Positions 34,767 to 44,420 of a DNA stretch of 64,000 nucleotides are shown piece after piece. The first letter of the stretch is position 1. Every line of letters starts with the position of its first letter. The notes below the pieces were generated by a model. That model ran no database searches, was not told the DNA's origin, and saw only the letters and a program-made list of their open reading frames with translations. This stretch comes from Candidatus Deferrimicrobiaceae bacterium (lineage in GTDB: Bacteria; Desulfobacterota; Deferrimicrobia; Deferrimicrobiales; Deferrimicrobiaceae): positions 352,001-416,000 of the forward strand of contig CAWBVY010000006.1 of the NCBI GenBank assembly GCA_963792415.1. Reading direction: 5' to 3'. Both the position numbers and the translations under genes were made by a program.

Positions 34767-36191
34767 TTACTTCCCGCCCTTGCGGCGGCGGGGGGCGCCG
34801 GGAAGATCCTCCCCGATGCGGATCTCGGCGCGGCGGATCCTCGAGATCTTCTCCTCGAAGTCCGCGCGGAGCGCCTCCGTGCCTTTCTCCCCCATCAGCG
34901 CGCGGGAGATCCGCTTCCCCTCCTCGACGCCGGGCTGGTCGAACGGGTCGACCCCGGCGCACGTACCCGCGATCGCCGTCACCCATTCCCAGAAGTGGAG
35001 GAACGCGCCGACGTGTTCCTCGTCGCGCTTCCCGATCTCCATGCGCACGATGGGGCGCCCCGCGCTCCACAGCGCGCCGATCGTCCCCTCGAACTCCGCG
35101 TCGAAGAGATCCCGCAACGGGCGGCCGCCGAGCATCGCCATGTCCGGGGCGAACCCCGCCTTCGGGACGTTCCCCTTCTCCCTTCCCGTCATCCACCGGA
35201 CGAAGGTGAAGACCTTGTCCCCGGGACCGTCCTGGTAGAGCTGAAGCTGGGAGTGCTGGTCGGTGACGCCCACCGCGCGCGCGGGGGTCTGTCCGACGGG
35301 GGATCGGCCCTCGCGCTCCTTTCCCAGGCTCTCTCCCCAGAGCTGCTGCCACCACTCCGCGATCCGGTCCAGCCCCGCCCCGTAGGTGAACCAGACCTGC
35401 ACCGCCTTCGGCTTCACCAGGAGGTAGTACGCGTAGACCGCCGCGGCGAACCGGATCGGGTTGTCGGTCCCCTTCGTATGCCGGAAGATCGCCTCCATCT
35501 GCGCGGCCCCCGCGAGAAGCCGCCCCACGCGAACCCCCGCGGCGGCGAGCGGAAACAGCCCCACCGGCGAGAGGACGGAGAAGCGGCCGCCGACGTTCGG
35601 CGGCACGGCATAGCTTTTCAGTCCCTCCGCGTCCGCCATCCGGCGGAAGACCCCCTTCGAAGGGTCGGTGACGAGGATCAGCCGCTCCCTCCAGCGCGCC
35701 CCGACGGCTTTCTTCAACGCGGCGATCGCGAGCGCGAGCTGGGCGTTCGTCTCCGCCGTCCCCCCCGATTTGCTGATGGCCACCACGACGGTCTTCTTCA
35801 TCGGGAGCTTCGCCAGGAGGGGGAAGAAGGCGTCGGGGTCGACGTTGTCCCCCACGGAGAGCGCCATCCCGGGGCGCCCCGCGCCTCCGACCGCCTCGTG
35901 CACCGCTTTCGTCCCCAGCGCCGAGCCGCCGATGCCGAGGACGAGGAGGTGGGTGCATTTCGCGCGAAGGGCCGCCGCGTCCCGCGAGATCGCCCGGGCC
36001 CCCTTCTCGAGGAACGGCAGGTCGGGGAAGCCGATCTCCCCGCGCCGATGCTTACCCGCGAGCGTCTCCACGGCGTCGTCGACCAGCGCCATCATCTTCC
36101 GGAAGTCGGGCGCGGCGATCCCGTCCCCCCCCCGGAGGTTGCTCTCTCCCACGAGGGAGAAATCGAAACGAAACCGGATTCCGTCGCCCAT
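34767..36191 (-). CDS. pgi: Glucose-6-phosphate isomerase
   Basis: GIGGSALG, SKSGGT.E, GGRFSV, ESLGK, DQHS, PFDQPGVEEGK. Confidence 0.95.
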   Translation of the reverse strand: MGDGIRFRFDFSLVGESNLRGGDGIAAPDFRKMMALVDDAVETLAGKHRRGEIGFPDLPFLEKGARAISRDAAALRAKCTHLLVLGIGGSALGTKAVHEAVGGAGRPGMALSVGDNVDPDAFFPLLAKLPMKKTVVVAISKSGGTAETNAQLALAIAALKKAVGARWRERLILVTDPSKGVFRRMADAEGLKSYAVPPNVGGRFSVLSPVGLFPLAAAGVRVGRLLAGAAQMEAIFRHTKGTDNPIRFAAAVYAYYLLVKPKAVQVWFTYGAGLDRIAEWWQQLWGESLGKEREGRSPVGQTPARAVGVTDQHSQLQLYQDGPGDKVFTFVRWMTGREKGNVPKAGFAPDMAMLGGRPLRDLFDAEFEGTIGALWSAGRPIVRMEIGKRDEEHVGAFLHFWEWVTAIAGTCAGVDPFDQPGVEEGKRISRALMGEKGTEALRADFEEKISRIRRAEIRIGEDLPGAPRRRKGGK

Positions 36192-36363
36192 GGTGCCCCC
36201 TTTCCTCCGTCAACGAGGCCATCTGTCGCGATTCATGCATACGGCAACATACAACCGGATTCTTTGACTCAGGGCTCGTTCCCCGTTTTTCCCGCCGCGG
36301 GGGTACCCCGGGGAGCGCTATTCGTGCGGGAGTGGGGCCCCTCCCCTCCTCCCGTCGATGCGC

Positions 36364-37485
36364 CTAGCCCTCGACGGGCTCCTTTTCCCCGAGCACCCGG
36401 AACTTCGACTCCATCGCCTTCATACGATCGACGATGCCGCCGTACTCGAGCTCGCTGTACGGAAGCATCGCGGGCCCGAAGAACCCCTGCCGTCGAAGGT
36501 CCTCGGACTTCGCCGACACCCGGTCCCTGACGTACTCCCAATACGGGTGATCGAACGCGTCGGCCGGCTCGGTGAGCCGCCCGTCCTTTACGCAGAAGGC
36601 GAGGGCCGAGACGATCGGCGGGCCGTCGAAGAAGGAGATTCCCGTGTTCCGCGGCACCGGCATGAGTGCCCCGTGGTGGCTTCCCCGCATGAAGCCGGCG
36701 ACCAGGTGGCCGATGGTGTAGGGGGCGAGCACCTCCCCCGTGGCGGGAAAGTTCCCCTGCGTCCGGACCAGCATCACCGGGTCGTCCTTCCCCGTGTACT
36801 TCCCCGCGATGTTGTGGAGCCGGGTGGTGCTGACCACGGCCGCGATCTCTCCGGTGGCGCGGGAACGGATGGATTCGACGACGAACCGCTCCTGGTCGCG
36901 CAGCAGCGCCGCGATGTCGTAGAGGTCCTCGGGCGCCGAGAGGTCGATCACCTTGTCCCCTTCCGTGTTCGCGACGTCCATGATGCGGAAGGTGAACCCT
37001 TTCCCCAGCTTCGGGGAGAGGATGAGGCCGGAGGAGAACATCGGGTCGGCGAAGCCGAGGTAGGACGGGAGGTTGTACGCTCCCGGGTCGGTCTTGTCCG
37101 CCGCGAACAGGACGAACGGCTCGTTCGGGCGCTCCTCGAACTCCATCTCCGCCACCGCGGGCCCCATCCCCTTCACGTTGCCCGAGAACGAGTCCTTCAG
37201 CAGGTCCTGTCCCGCGCCGTAGAGCCCCTCGGCCCTCGCCGTCGCGGTTCCCGCGAGGAAGGTATCCCAGGCCAACTTGTGGATCTTCGCGTTTCCCGTC
37301 CCCCCGGTGTGGGACATCAGGATCGCCACGTCGTCCCCGGTGAAGCCGACGTAGGCGTCGATCAGAAGCCCTTTCCCGAGCTCGGCAACCTTCGCCCGCA
37401 CCGTTTCGAGCAGCTTCGCGCTCGGCCGGATGTGCCCCCCGATGGAACCGATGTCCGCCTTGATGACCGACAAGGTGACCTTCAT
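36364..37485 (-). CDS. fbp: Bifunctional fructose-1,6-bisphosphate aldolase/phosphatase (FBPase class V)
   Basis: SVIKADIG..GGH, LYGAGQDLL.D.FSGNVKG.GP, DKT.PGA.N, YTGKDDP, MRGSH. Confidence 0.93.
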   Translation of the reverse strand: MKVTLSVIKADIGSIGGHIRPSAKLLETVRAKVAELGKGLLIDAYVGFTGDDVAILMSHTGGTGNAKIHKLAWDTFLAGTATARAEGLYGAGQDLLKDSFSGNVKGMGPAVAEMEFEERPNEPFVLFAADKTDPGAYNLPSYLGFADPMFSSGLILSPKLGKGFTFRIMDVANTEGDKVIDLSAPEDLYDIAALLRDQERFVVESIRSRATGEIAAVVSTTRLHNIAGKYTGKDDPVMLVRTQGNFPATGEVLAPYTIGHLVAGFMRGSHHGALMPVPRNTGISFFDGPPIVSALAFCVKDGRLTEPADAFDHPYWEYVRDRVSAKSEDLRRQGFFGPAMLPYSELEYGGIVDRMKAMESKFRVLGEKEPVEG

Positions 37486-37497
37486 GGAAGCCTCCTT

Positions 37498-38481
37498 TCA
37501 AGCAGGTCTTTCGGTTTCCTCGCGCCGGTACCATTTTATGAAAAGGGAAACGCCGCGCCCGATCGGGGTGCGCGGGTCGTATCCGATCTCTCTCCTCGCC
37601 CGGGAGATGTCGGCGTACGTCACGGGGACGTCCCCGGGCTGCGGCGGCTGGAAGCGCCGCACGGCGGTCTTCCCGCACGCCTTCTCGATCAGCGCGACCA
37701 GGTCCGAAAGGGAGATCGTGGCCGACTCCCCGAGATTGTAGACCCGGTACCCCGGGGGAGCGGTCAGCGCTCCGAGGACCCCGGAGACGACGTCTTCGAT
37801 ATAGGTGTAATCCCTCCGTGAGGACCCGTCGCCGTACAGGTCGATCCCCTTCCCTTCCAGGATCCGGCGGGTGAACTTGTGGATCGCCATCTCGGGGCGC
37901 TGGCGGGGGCCGTACACGGTGAAGAAGCGGAGGGCCGCGACGTTCAACCCGTACAGGTGGCAATACGTGTGGCAGAGCAACTCCCCCGCCTTCTTCGTCG
38001 CCGCGTAGGGGCTCACGGGGTGATCGACGAAGTCGTCCTCGGAGAAGGGAACCTTCGTATTGCCGCCGTAGACGGACGAGGAGGATGCGAAGAGGATCCT
38101 CGGGACCCTCCGGTCCCGCGCCCACTCGAGCATCCGGATCGTGCCGTGGACGTTCACGTCCGCATAGCCGACGGGATCGGCGACCGATGGCCGGACCCCG
38201 GCCTTCGCGGCCAGGTGGATGAGCGCGTCGGGAGGGATCCCTTCCCCCCAACGGCCAAGGGCCGGGGCGTCGCGGATATCCCCCTCGAGGAAGGAGAACG
38301 ACGGGTGCGCCGAAAGCCTTGCCAGGTTGCGCTCCTTGATCCGCCGGTCGTAGAAAGGATCGAAGTTGTCGAGACCGTGGACCCGGTCCCCGCGGGCGAG
38401 AAGCGCTTCCACCACGTGCGAACCGATGAAGCCGGCAGCGCCGGTGACGAACATGTTCAGGGGCACACTCGAATCTCCCAT
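37498..38481 (-). CDS. NAD-dependent epimerase (UDP-glucuronate 4-epimerase-like)
   Basis: TGAAGFIG, HLAAKAGVR, YAATK, RFFTVYGP. Confidence 0.9.
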   Translation of the reverse strand: MGDSSVPLNMFVTGAAGFIGSHVVEALLARGDRVHGLDNFDPFYDRRIKERNLARLSAHPSFSFLEGDIRDAPALGRWGEGIPPDALIHLAAKAGVRPSVADPVGYADVNVHGTIRMLEWARDRRVPRILFASSSSVYGGNTKVPFSEDDFVDHPVSPYAATKKAGELLCHTYCHLYGLNVAALRFFTVYGPRQRPEMAIHKFTRRILEGKGIDLYGDGSSRRDYTYIEDVVSGVLGALTAPPGYRVYNLGESATISLSDLVALIEKACGKTAVRRFQPPQPGDVPVTYADISRARREIGYDPRTPIGRGVSLFIKWYRREETERPA

Positions 38482-38626
38482 GCCGGATCCCCCCGCCGTT
38501 TCTCTCCCAATACTATCCCAGAACGGGAAAGTTCCAAAAAGGAGTCCGCGAAGCGGGACCGGGCGGACTTGACAGCGGGAAGGGTGCCGGAGAACAATAC
38601 CCGATGCCTCAGGGGGGGGGATCGGA

Positions 38627-39292
38627 ATGTTCGAAAAAGCGTTGGCGCAGAACCGGGAGGCGATCTACGCGATCCTGGCGTCCTCTTCCTTGCCGCCGGA
38701 GGCCGCGACGCCTTCGGGCGGGACGGCCTTCATGATCGCTCCGGGGCTGCTGGTGACGGCCGCGCGCTGCGTCCCCGGAGGGTCGGACCCGGGCAACCTC
38801 TCCTGCCCCGAGCTGTCGCTCGTCCGTGCCCCGGACATCGGCCGGGGGACGGAGCGGGCGACCCTGGTCTCCCTGGACCGCGGGAAGGGGCTGGCCCTCC
38901 TGCGGATCGATGCTCCGCGATCCGCCGCCTTCCTGAGGGTTCTCGACGTCCCCGTCCCGATCGGCACCCAGTGCGCGTATTCCGGTTTTCCGCGCATATC
39001 GATGGGTCCCGCTCCCCGGCCCGGCGTCTCCCTCATCGAGATGTTCCAGGGGGCGTGCGTCTCTTCCTTCGTGAGAACGGCCGGCCCGGGCGGCGAACCC
39101 GTACCCTATTACGTGACGGACGCCCCCGTCGTAGGGGACGCTTCCGGCTGTCCCGGTTTCCTCTCGTCGGGCGAGGTCTTCGGCATGCTCAACTCCCCGC
39201 CATGCGACATCCGGTCCGCACTTCCCTCCTGGGTGCCGTCGATGGACATCGTTTCGTTCGCCCGGGGCAACGGGGTTCCGCTCCCGTCGTGA
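38627..39292 (+). CDS. Trypsin-like peptidase fold protein with a degenerate catalytic triad
   Basis: GTAFMI...LVTAARCV, GLALLRI, GFP, DA...ASGCP, GEVFGM; TTGACA upstream at 38569. Confidence 0.7.
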   Translation: MFEKALAQNREAIYAILASSSLPPEAATPSGGTAFMIAPGLLVTAARCVPGGSDPGNLSCPELSLVRAPDIGRGTERATLVSLDRGKGLALLRIDAPRSAAFLRVLDVPVPIGTQCAYSGFPRISMGPAPRPGVSLIEMFQGACVSSFVRTAGPGGEPVPYYVTDAPVVGDASGCPGFLSSGEVFGMLNSPPCDIRSALPSWVPSMDIVSFARGNGVPLPS

Positions 39293-39338
39293 ATAGGGGT
39301 GGATTTCGGCGCTGCCTGTCGAATATAATCCACGGTGC

Positions 39339-39413
39339 GGCGGCATAGCCAAGTGGTAAGGCAGAGGACTGCAAATCCTTTATCCCCCGGTTCGAATCCG
39401 GGTGCCGCCTCCA
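39339..39413 (+). tRNA. tRNA-Cys (GCA)
   Basis: GGCGGCA...GAGGA-CTGCAAA-TCCTT...GGTTCGAATCC...TGCCGCCTCCA; TATAAT at 39324. Confidence 0.97.
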
Positions 39414-39414
39414 C

Positions 39415-39528
39415 CCTCCTTCGCTCGAAAATCGCAACCACAATACCTTGATTTTCGAGCTACGGAGGATCGCCCCGCCGTAGCTTGGGGGACAGCGGAA
39501 TTTCGTATGGAGCCCGAGCGAAGGCGGG
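39415..39528. repeat. Inverted pair of REP-like hairpins (units 1 and 2)
   Basis: CCTCC-TTC-GCTCGAAAATC..GATTTTCGAGC-TAC-GGAGG and CCCGCC-GTA-GCTTGGG..CCCGAGC-GAA-GGCGGG. Confidence 0.8.
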
Positions 39529-39612
39529 CATTCCTCCTTCCCTCCGCGTTTGACTGGAAGAAGATCCGCTCCACCTGTACCCGAGCCTATTTATGTTATC
39601 TTTCCTTAAAGC

Positions 39613-39700
39613 GCCCGGGTGGCGGAACTGGCAGACGCACGGGACTTAAAATCCCGAGGCTGAATAAGCCGTGTGGGTTCAATTCCCACCCCGGGCACCA
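39613..39700 (+). tRNA. tRNA-Leu (TAA)
   Basis: GCCCGGG...CGGGA-CTTAAAA-TCCCG, long variable arm, GGTTCAATTCC, CCGGGCACCA. Confidence 0.97.
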
Positions 39701-39832
39701 TCCTTCGCTCCTCACCGCTGCCGTACTGCCAGGGTTCGGAGCTACGGATGGCTTCGCCATCGGGGGCGAAGGATAGCCCTCCGTAGCTCGAGCGAGCGAA
39801 GGTTTCCGAACAGAGCTTGAGCGAAGGAGGGC
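39698..39832. repeat. Inverted pair of REP-like hairpins (units 3 and 4) with a small spacer hairpin
   Basis: CCATCC-TTC-GCTCC..GGAGC-TAC-GGATGG; CTTCGCC..GGCGAAG; GCCCTCC-GTA-GCTCGAGC..GCTTGAGC-GAA-GGAGGGC. Confidence 0.8.
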
Positions 39833-39938
39833 AATTCGCCTCACGGGGAATTGAACGCGAGCCGCCGTGCCCCTTCCTTGACCCACCTCCAACCGGCGAA
39901 TAGAATTGCAATTCAACCTTGTCCGAGGGGGCTGTCCC

Positions 39939-41081
39939 ATGAAAAGAAACGTGCGTCTCCTTGCCGTCATCGCGTGCGCCCTCTTCGCCTTCGTGTTCCT
40001 GGGGGCGGAGAAAGCCGATAAGGGGGCGAAGCCGAAGGGCGAGCCGATCCGGGCGAAGATCGGCGTCATCTCCATCATCACCGGCGCCGGAGCGAGCTAC
40101 GGGGAGGCGATCACGAACGGCTTCAAGCTCGCGTTGGACGAGGTCAACGCCAAGGGCGACGTCAACATCGACCTCAGGATCGAGGATTCCACCGGGAAGG
40201 CGGAACAGGCCCTGTCCGCGGCGCAGAAACTGATCAACTCCGACCAGGTGGTGGCGATCCTCGGCCCGACCCTCTCCACGGAGATGAAGGTCGTGGCTCC
40301 CGAGGCGAACGCCAGCGGCGTGCCGATCATGGGAACGTCCACCACCGCGCAAGGGATCACCCAGATCGGGAAGTTCGTCTTCCGGAACTCGCTGCCCGAG
40401 TCCCAGGCGATCCCGTCGTCCGTCGGAAAGGCGGTGAAGAAGTACAACATCAAGAAGGTCGCGCTCCTCTACGGGAACGACGACGTCTTCACGAAGTCCG
40501 GCTTCGACACGATGAAAGAGGTCGCCGAAAAGCTCAAGCTGAAGATCGCGACGATTGAAACGTTCCAGAAAGGGCAGGCGGACTACAAGGCGCAGTTGAC
40601 CAAGATCGCATCCCTCAAGCCCGACGCGGTTTTCTGCTCCGCCCTCTACAACGAGGGGGGCGTCATCCTCGCGCAGGCGCGGAAGATGGGGCTGAAGGTT
40701 CCGTTCGTCGGCGGGAACGGCTTCAACTCGCCGAAGGTCATCGAGATCGCCCAGGACGCGGCCGAGGGGCTGATCGTGGCCACTCCCTGGTTCGGCGAAA
40801 AGAACGACCCGAAGGTGAGAGCGTTCGTCGCGAAGTACGAGAAGGCGTACGGGAAGAAACCGGACCAGTTCGCGGCCCAGGCGTACGACGCCTTCCACAT
40901 CATGGCGAACGCGCTGAAGGCGGCGGGATCGGCGGACCGCTCGAAGCTGCGCGACGCGCTGGCGGCGACGAGGAATTACAACGGGGTCCTCGGCAACTTC
41001 TCCTTCGACGCGGAGCGCGACGTGGTCATGGCGCCCAACGTCCTGATCGTCAAGGGCGGAAAGTTTACGATCTTCAACTGA
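39939..41081 (+). CDS. livK: Branched-chain amino acid ABC transporter substrate-binding protein
   Basis: Signal peptide; IG....TG..A.YG, IEDS.G, AILGP, AAQAYDA. Confidence 0.9.
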   Translation: MKRNVRLLAVIACALFAFVFLGAEKADKGAKPKGEPIRAKIGVISIITGAGASYGEAITNGFKLALDEVNAKGDVNIDLRIEDSTGKAEQALSAAQKLINSDQVVAILGPTLSTEMKVVAPEANASGVPIMGTSTTAQGITQIGKFVFRNSLPESQAIPSSVGKAVKKYNIKKVALLYGNDDVFTKSGFDTMKEVAEKLKLKIATIETFQKGQADYKAQLTKIASLKPDAVFCSALYNEGGVILAQARKMGLKVPFVGGNGFNSPKVIEIAQDAAEGLIVATPWFGEKNDPKVRAFVAKYEKAYGKKPDQFAAQAYDAFHIMANALKAAGSADRSKLRDALAATRNYNGVLGNFSFDAERDVVMAPNVLIVKGGKFTIFN

Positions 41082-41105
41082 TCCGGGCGCAGCGGCGGAG
41101 GGGGC

Positions 41106-41990
41106 GTGTTCCTCGAGCAACTGATCAACGGCATCACGCTCGGCAGCATCTACGCCATCGTGGCGCTGGGATACACGCTCGTCTTCGGCGTGCTCGGCAT
41201 CATCAACATGGCCCACGGGGAGATCTTCATGTTCGGGGCGTTCGTCGGCCTGCTCATCGTGAGCAAGGCGGGCGCGCCGCTTCCCGTGGCGTTTCTTGGG
41301 GCCATCGTCGTCACCGCGTCCATGGGGCTATTGCTGGAGCGGTTCGCCCTGCGGCCGCTCCGAGGCCGGTCCGGAGCCTCGCATCTGGCCTCCCTCATCA
41401 GCACGATCGGCGTCTCCATCCTTCTGGAGAACCTGGCGCACAAGATCTTCGGATCCGGGAATCACCTGTTCGAAACCCCCTTCGCGGAGATCAGCTTCAA
41501 GATCGGCCCTGTGACGGTCTACCTCGTCCAGGTGCTGATCCTGCTCATCTCCCTTCTCCTCATGGCGGGGCTCACGCTGTGGCTGTCGCGCACGCGCGCG
41601 GGGAAGGCGCTGCGCGCCACGGCGGAGAATCTGCAGACGGCGGGTCTCCTCGGGGTGGACACGAACCGGATGATCACCGCCACGGTCGTCATCGCCTCGG
41701 CGATGGGCGGGGTCGCCGGCGTGCTGGTGGGGATGGCGTTCAACTACATCAACAACCAGATCGGGCTCTCCATGGGGCTCAAGGGGCTCGCGATCATCAT
41801 CTTCGGGGGGATGGGGAGCGTCTACGGCGCCATGGCCGGGGGCTTGATCCTCGGACTCTCCGAAACGTTCGTGGTCGCGTACGGCTCCTCCGGGTACCGG
41901 GACGCGATCGCCTTCGTCGCGATCATCGTCATCCTCCTTATCAGGCCGCAGGGGCTGTTCGGGCAGGCGCCCGCCGAAGCAAGGCGGTAG
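41106..41990 (+). CDS. livH: Branched-chain amino acid ABC permease
   Basis: LINGITLGSIYA.VALGYTLVFG...INMAHGE, GGMGS, RPQGLFG. Confidence 0.93.
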   Translation: MFLEQLINGITLGSIYAIVALGYTLVFGVLGIINMAHGEIFMFGAFVGLLIVSKAGAPLPVAFLGAIVVTASMGLLLERFALRPLRGRSGASHLASLISTIGVSILLENLAHKIFGSGNHLFETPFAEISFKIGPVTVYLVQVLILLISLLLMAGLTLWLSRTRAGKALRATAENLQTAGLLGVDTNRMITATVVIASAMGGVAGVLVGMAFNYINNQIGLSMGLKGLAIIIFGGMGSVYGAMAGGLILGLSETFVVAYGSSGYRDAIAFVAIIVILLIRPQGLFGQAPAEARR

Positions 41991-41993
41991 AGG

Positions 41994-42941
41994 ATGCCGT
42001 TGGAGGGACTGAACCCGTACCACCTGCAGGTGGCGTCGTTCATGCTCATCAACGCCATCCTCGGCGTGAGCATCTACGTCACCCTTTCCACCGGGCAGCT
42101 CTCGCTGGGGAACGCCGGATTCATGGGCATCGGGGCGTACACAGCCGCCCTTCTCTCCACGCAGCACCAGGTCCCGATCCCCGTTGGGATCGTTGCCGGG
42201 AGCTTTCTCGCAGGCGCGGCGGGGATCCTGGTCGGCATTCCGTCCCTGCGGCTTTCCGGCGTCTACCTCGCCATCGCGACGCTCGGGTTCGGGGAGGTTC
42301 TTCGGGCCGTCCTCATCAACTGGGAATCGCTGACCGGCGGCGCGGTGGGGGTCGCGGCGATTCCGCAGATGGGGCGCGTGATCCTCGCCTGGGCGAGCGA
42401 CCGGGGGTTCTCCCCCGGATCGCTGGGGCTGCAGAACAACCAGTTCATCAGCCTGACGGTGTTCCTGATCCTCCTCCTCTGCACCCTCCTGACGGTCGCC
42501 TTCTTCCTGCGCCTCTCCCGTTCCCGGGTCGGCCGCGCGTACGCAGCGATTCGACTGGACGAAAGCGCCGCGGAGGCGGCGGGGATCCCCATCACGTACT
42601 ACAAGGTGCTGGCCTTTTCCCAGGGAGCGCTGCTGGCCGGATTGGCCGGGGCGCTGTTCGCCCACTCGACGTCATTCGTGAGCCCCGCCGACTTCACCTA
42701 CCACCGGGCGGTGGAGATCCTCGTTTTCGCCGTCTTCGGCGGGAGCGAACACATCTTCGGTCCGGTCTTCGGTGCCGCCTTCCTCACCGTCGTCCCGGAA
42801 GCGCTTCGCTCGATCAGCGACTACCGGTACATCCTCTACGGCCTCATGCTCGTGTTGATGATGGTCTTCCGGCCGCAGGGGGTGATCGACCCCGTGCTCC
42901 TGCGACGGTTCCGTCGATCCCGCAAGGGGACGCCCGCGTGA
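41994..42941 (+). CDS. livM: Branched-chain amino acid ABC permease
   Basis: GQLSLG.AGFMGIGAY, LRL.G.YLAIATLGFGE, FRPQG. Confidence 0.93.
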   Translation: MPLEGLNPYHLQVASFMLINAILGVSIYVTLSTGQLSLGNAGFMGIGAYTAALLSTQHQVPIPVGIVAGSFLAGAAGILVGIPSLRLSGVYLAIATLGFGEVLRAVLINWESLTGGAVGVAAIPQMGRVILAWASDRGFSPGSLGLQNNQFISLTVFLILLLCTLLTVAFFLRLSRSRVGRAYAAIRLDESAAEAAGIPITYYKVLAFSQGALLAGLAGALFAHSTSFVSPADFTYHRAVEILVFAVFGGSEHIFGPVFGAAFLTVVPEALRSISDYRYILYGLMLVLMMVFRPQGVIDPVLLRRFRRSRKGTPA

Positions 42942-43712
42942 GCAGCCTCCTTTCCCTTCGGAACATCGAAAAAACGTTCGGGGGGCTTTCGGCCCTTTCC
43001 GACATCTCCTTCGACGTCCACCCGGGGGAGATCGTCGGCATCATCGGCCCCAACGGCGCGGGGAAGACGACCCTGTTCAACGTCGTCACCGCCGTCTTCC
43101 CGCCGACAGCGGGGGAGGTCGTGTTCGACGGGGAGCAGGTCCGCGGACTCCCCCCGCACGCAATCGCGAAACGGGGCATCACACGGACGTTCCAGAGCAT
43201 CCGTCTTTTCTCCACCATGACCGTCGAGGAAAACGTCATGGTCGGGAGGCATTGCCGCACCGGAGCCGGCATCTGGCGCGGCGTGCTTCGCACCCGGGGG
43301 GAGCGGCGGGAGGAGCAGGGGATCCGCGCGAAAACGCGGGAACTGCTCGATCTCGTCGGTCTTTCCGGGGCCGACCGGGAGAGAGCCGCCGGGAGCCTCC
43401 CTTACGGCCACCAGCGCAGGCTCGAGATCGCCCGGGCGCTTGCGGCGGAACCGCGCCTGCTCCTGCTCGACGAACCGGTGGCGGGGATGAACGACGCGGA
43501 GACGCAGGAGGTGTTCGGCCTCATCAAGCGGGTGCAGTCGCTCGGGGTGACGATCCTGCTGATCGAGCACGACATGTCGCTGGTGATGAAGGCGTGCGAC
43601 CGGCTGGTGGTGTTCAACTTCGGCCGGAAGATCGCGGAAGGGACGCCGGTGGAGATCCGGGACGACCCGCAGGTGATCGAGGCGTACCTCGGCGCAGCGG
43701 AAAGGAACGCCG

Positions 43713-43720
<8 letters not shown>
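42938..43720 (+). CDS. livG: Branched-chain amino acid ABC ATP-binding protein
   Basis: GTG start; FGGL.AL, GPNGAGKTT, LPYG.QRRLEIARA, IEHDM, VIEAYLG. Confidence 0.93.

Positions 43721-44391
<671 letters not shown>

Positions 44392-44420
<29 letters not shown>

Noticed and set aside
14649-35958. Apparent giant ORFs 14649..17690, 25247..26824, 28938..30758, 29996..31744, 32092..35958
   Set aside because: Only the 3' ends are real genes (phosphoesterase, ispH, aroF, pheA, miaA); the upstream parts overlap other genes out of frame, so these are not fusions.
39415-39832. CRISPR-array interpretation of the hairpin repeats
   Set aside because: Units alternate in orientation, the variable parts sit inside stems, spacing is irregular and no cas genes are present.
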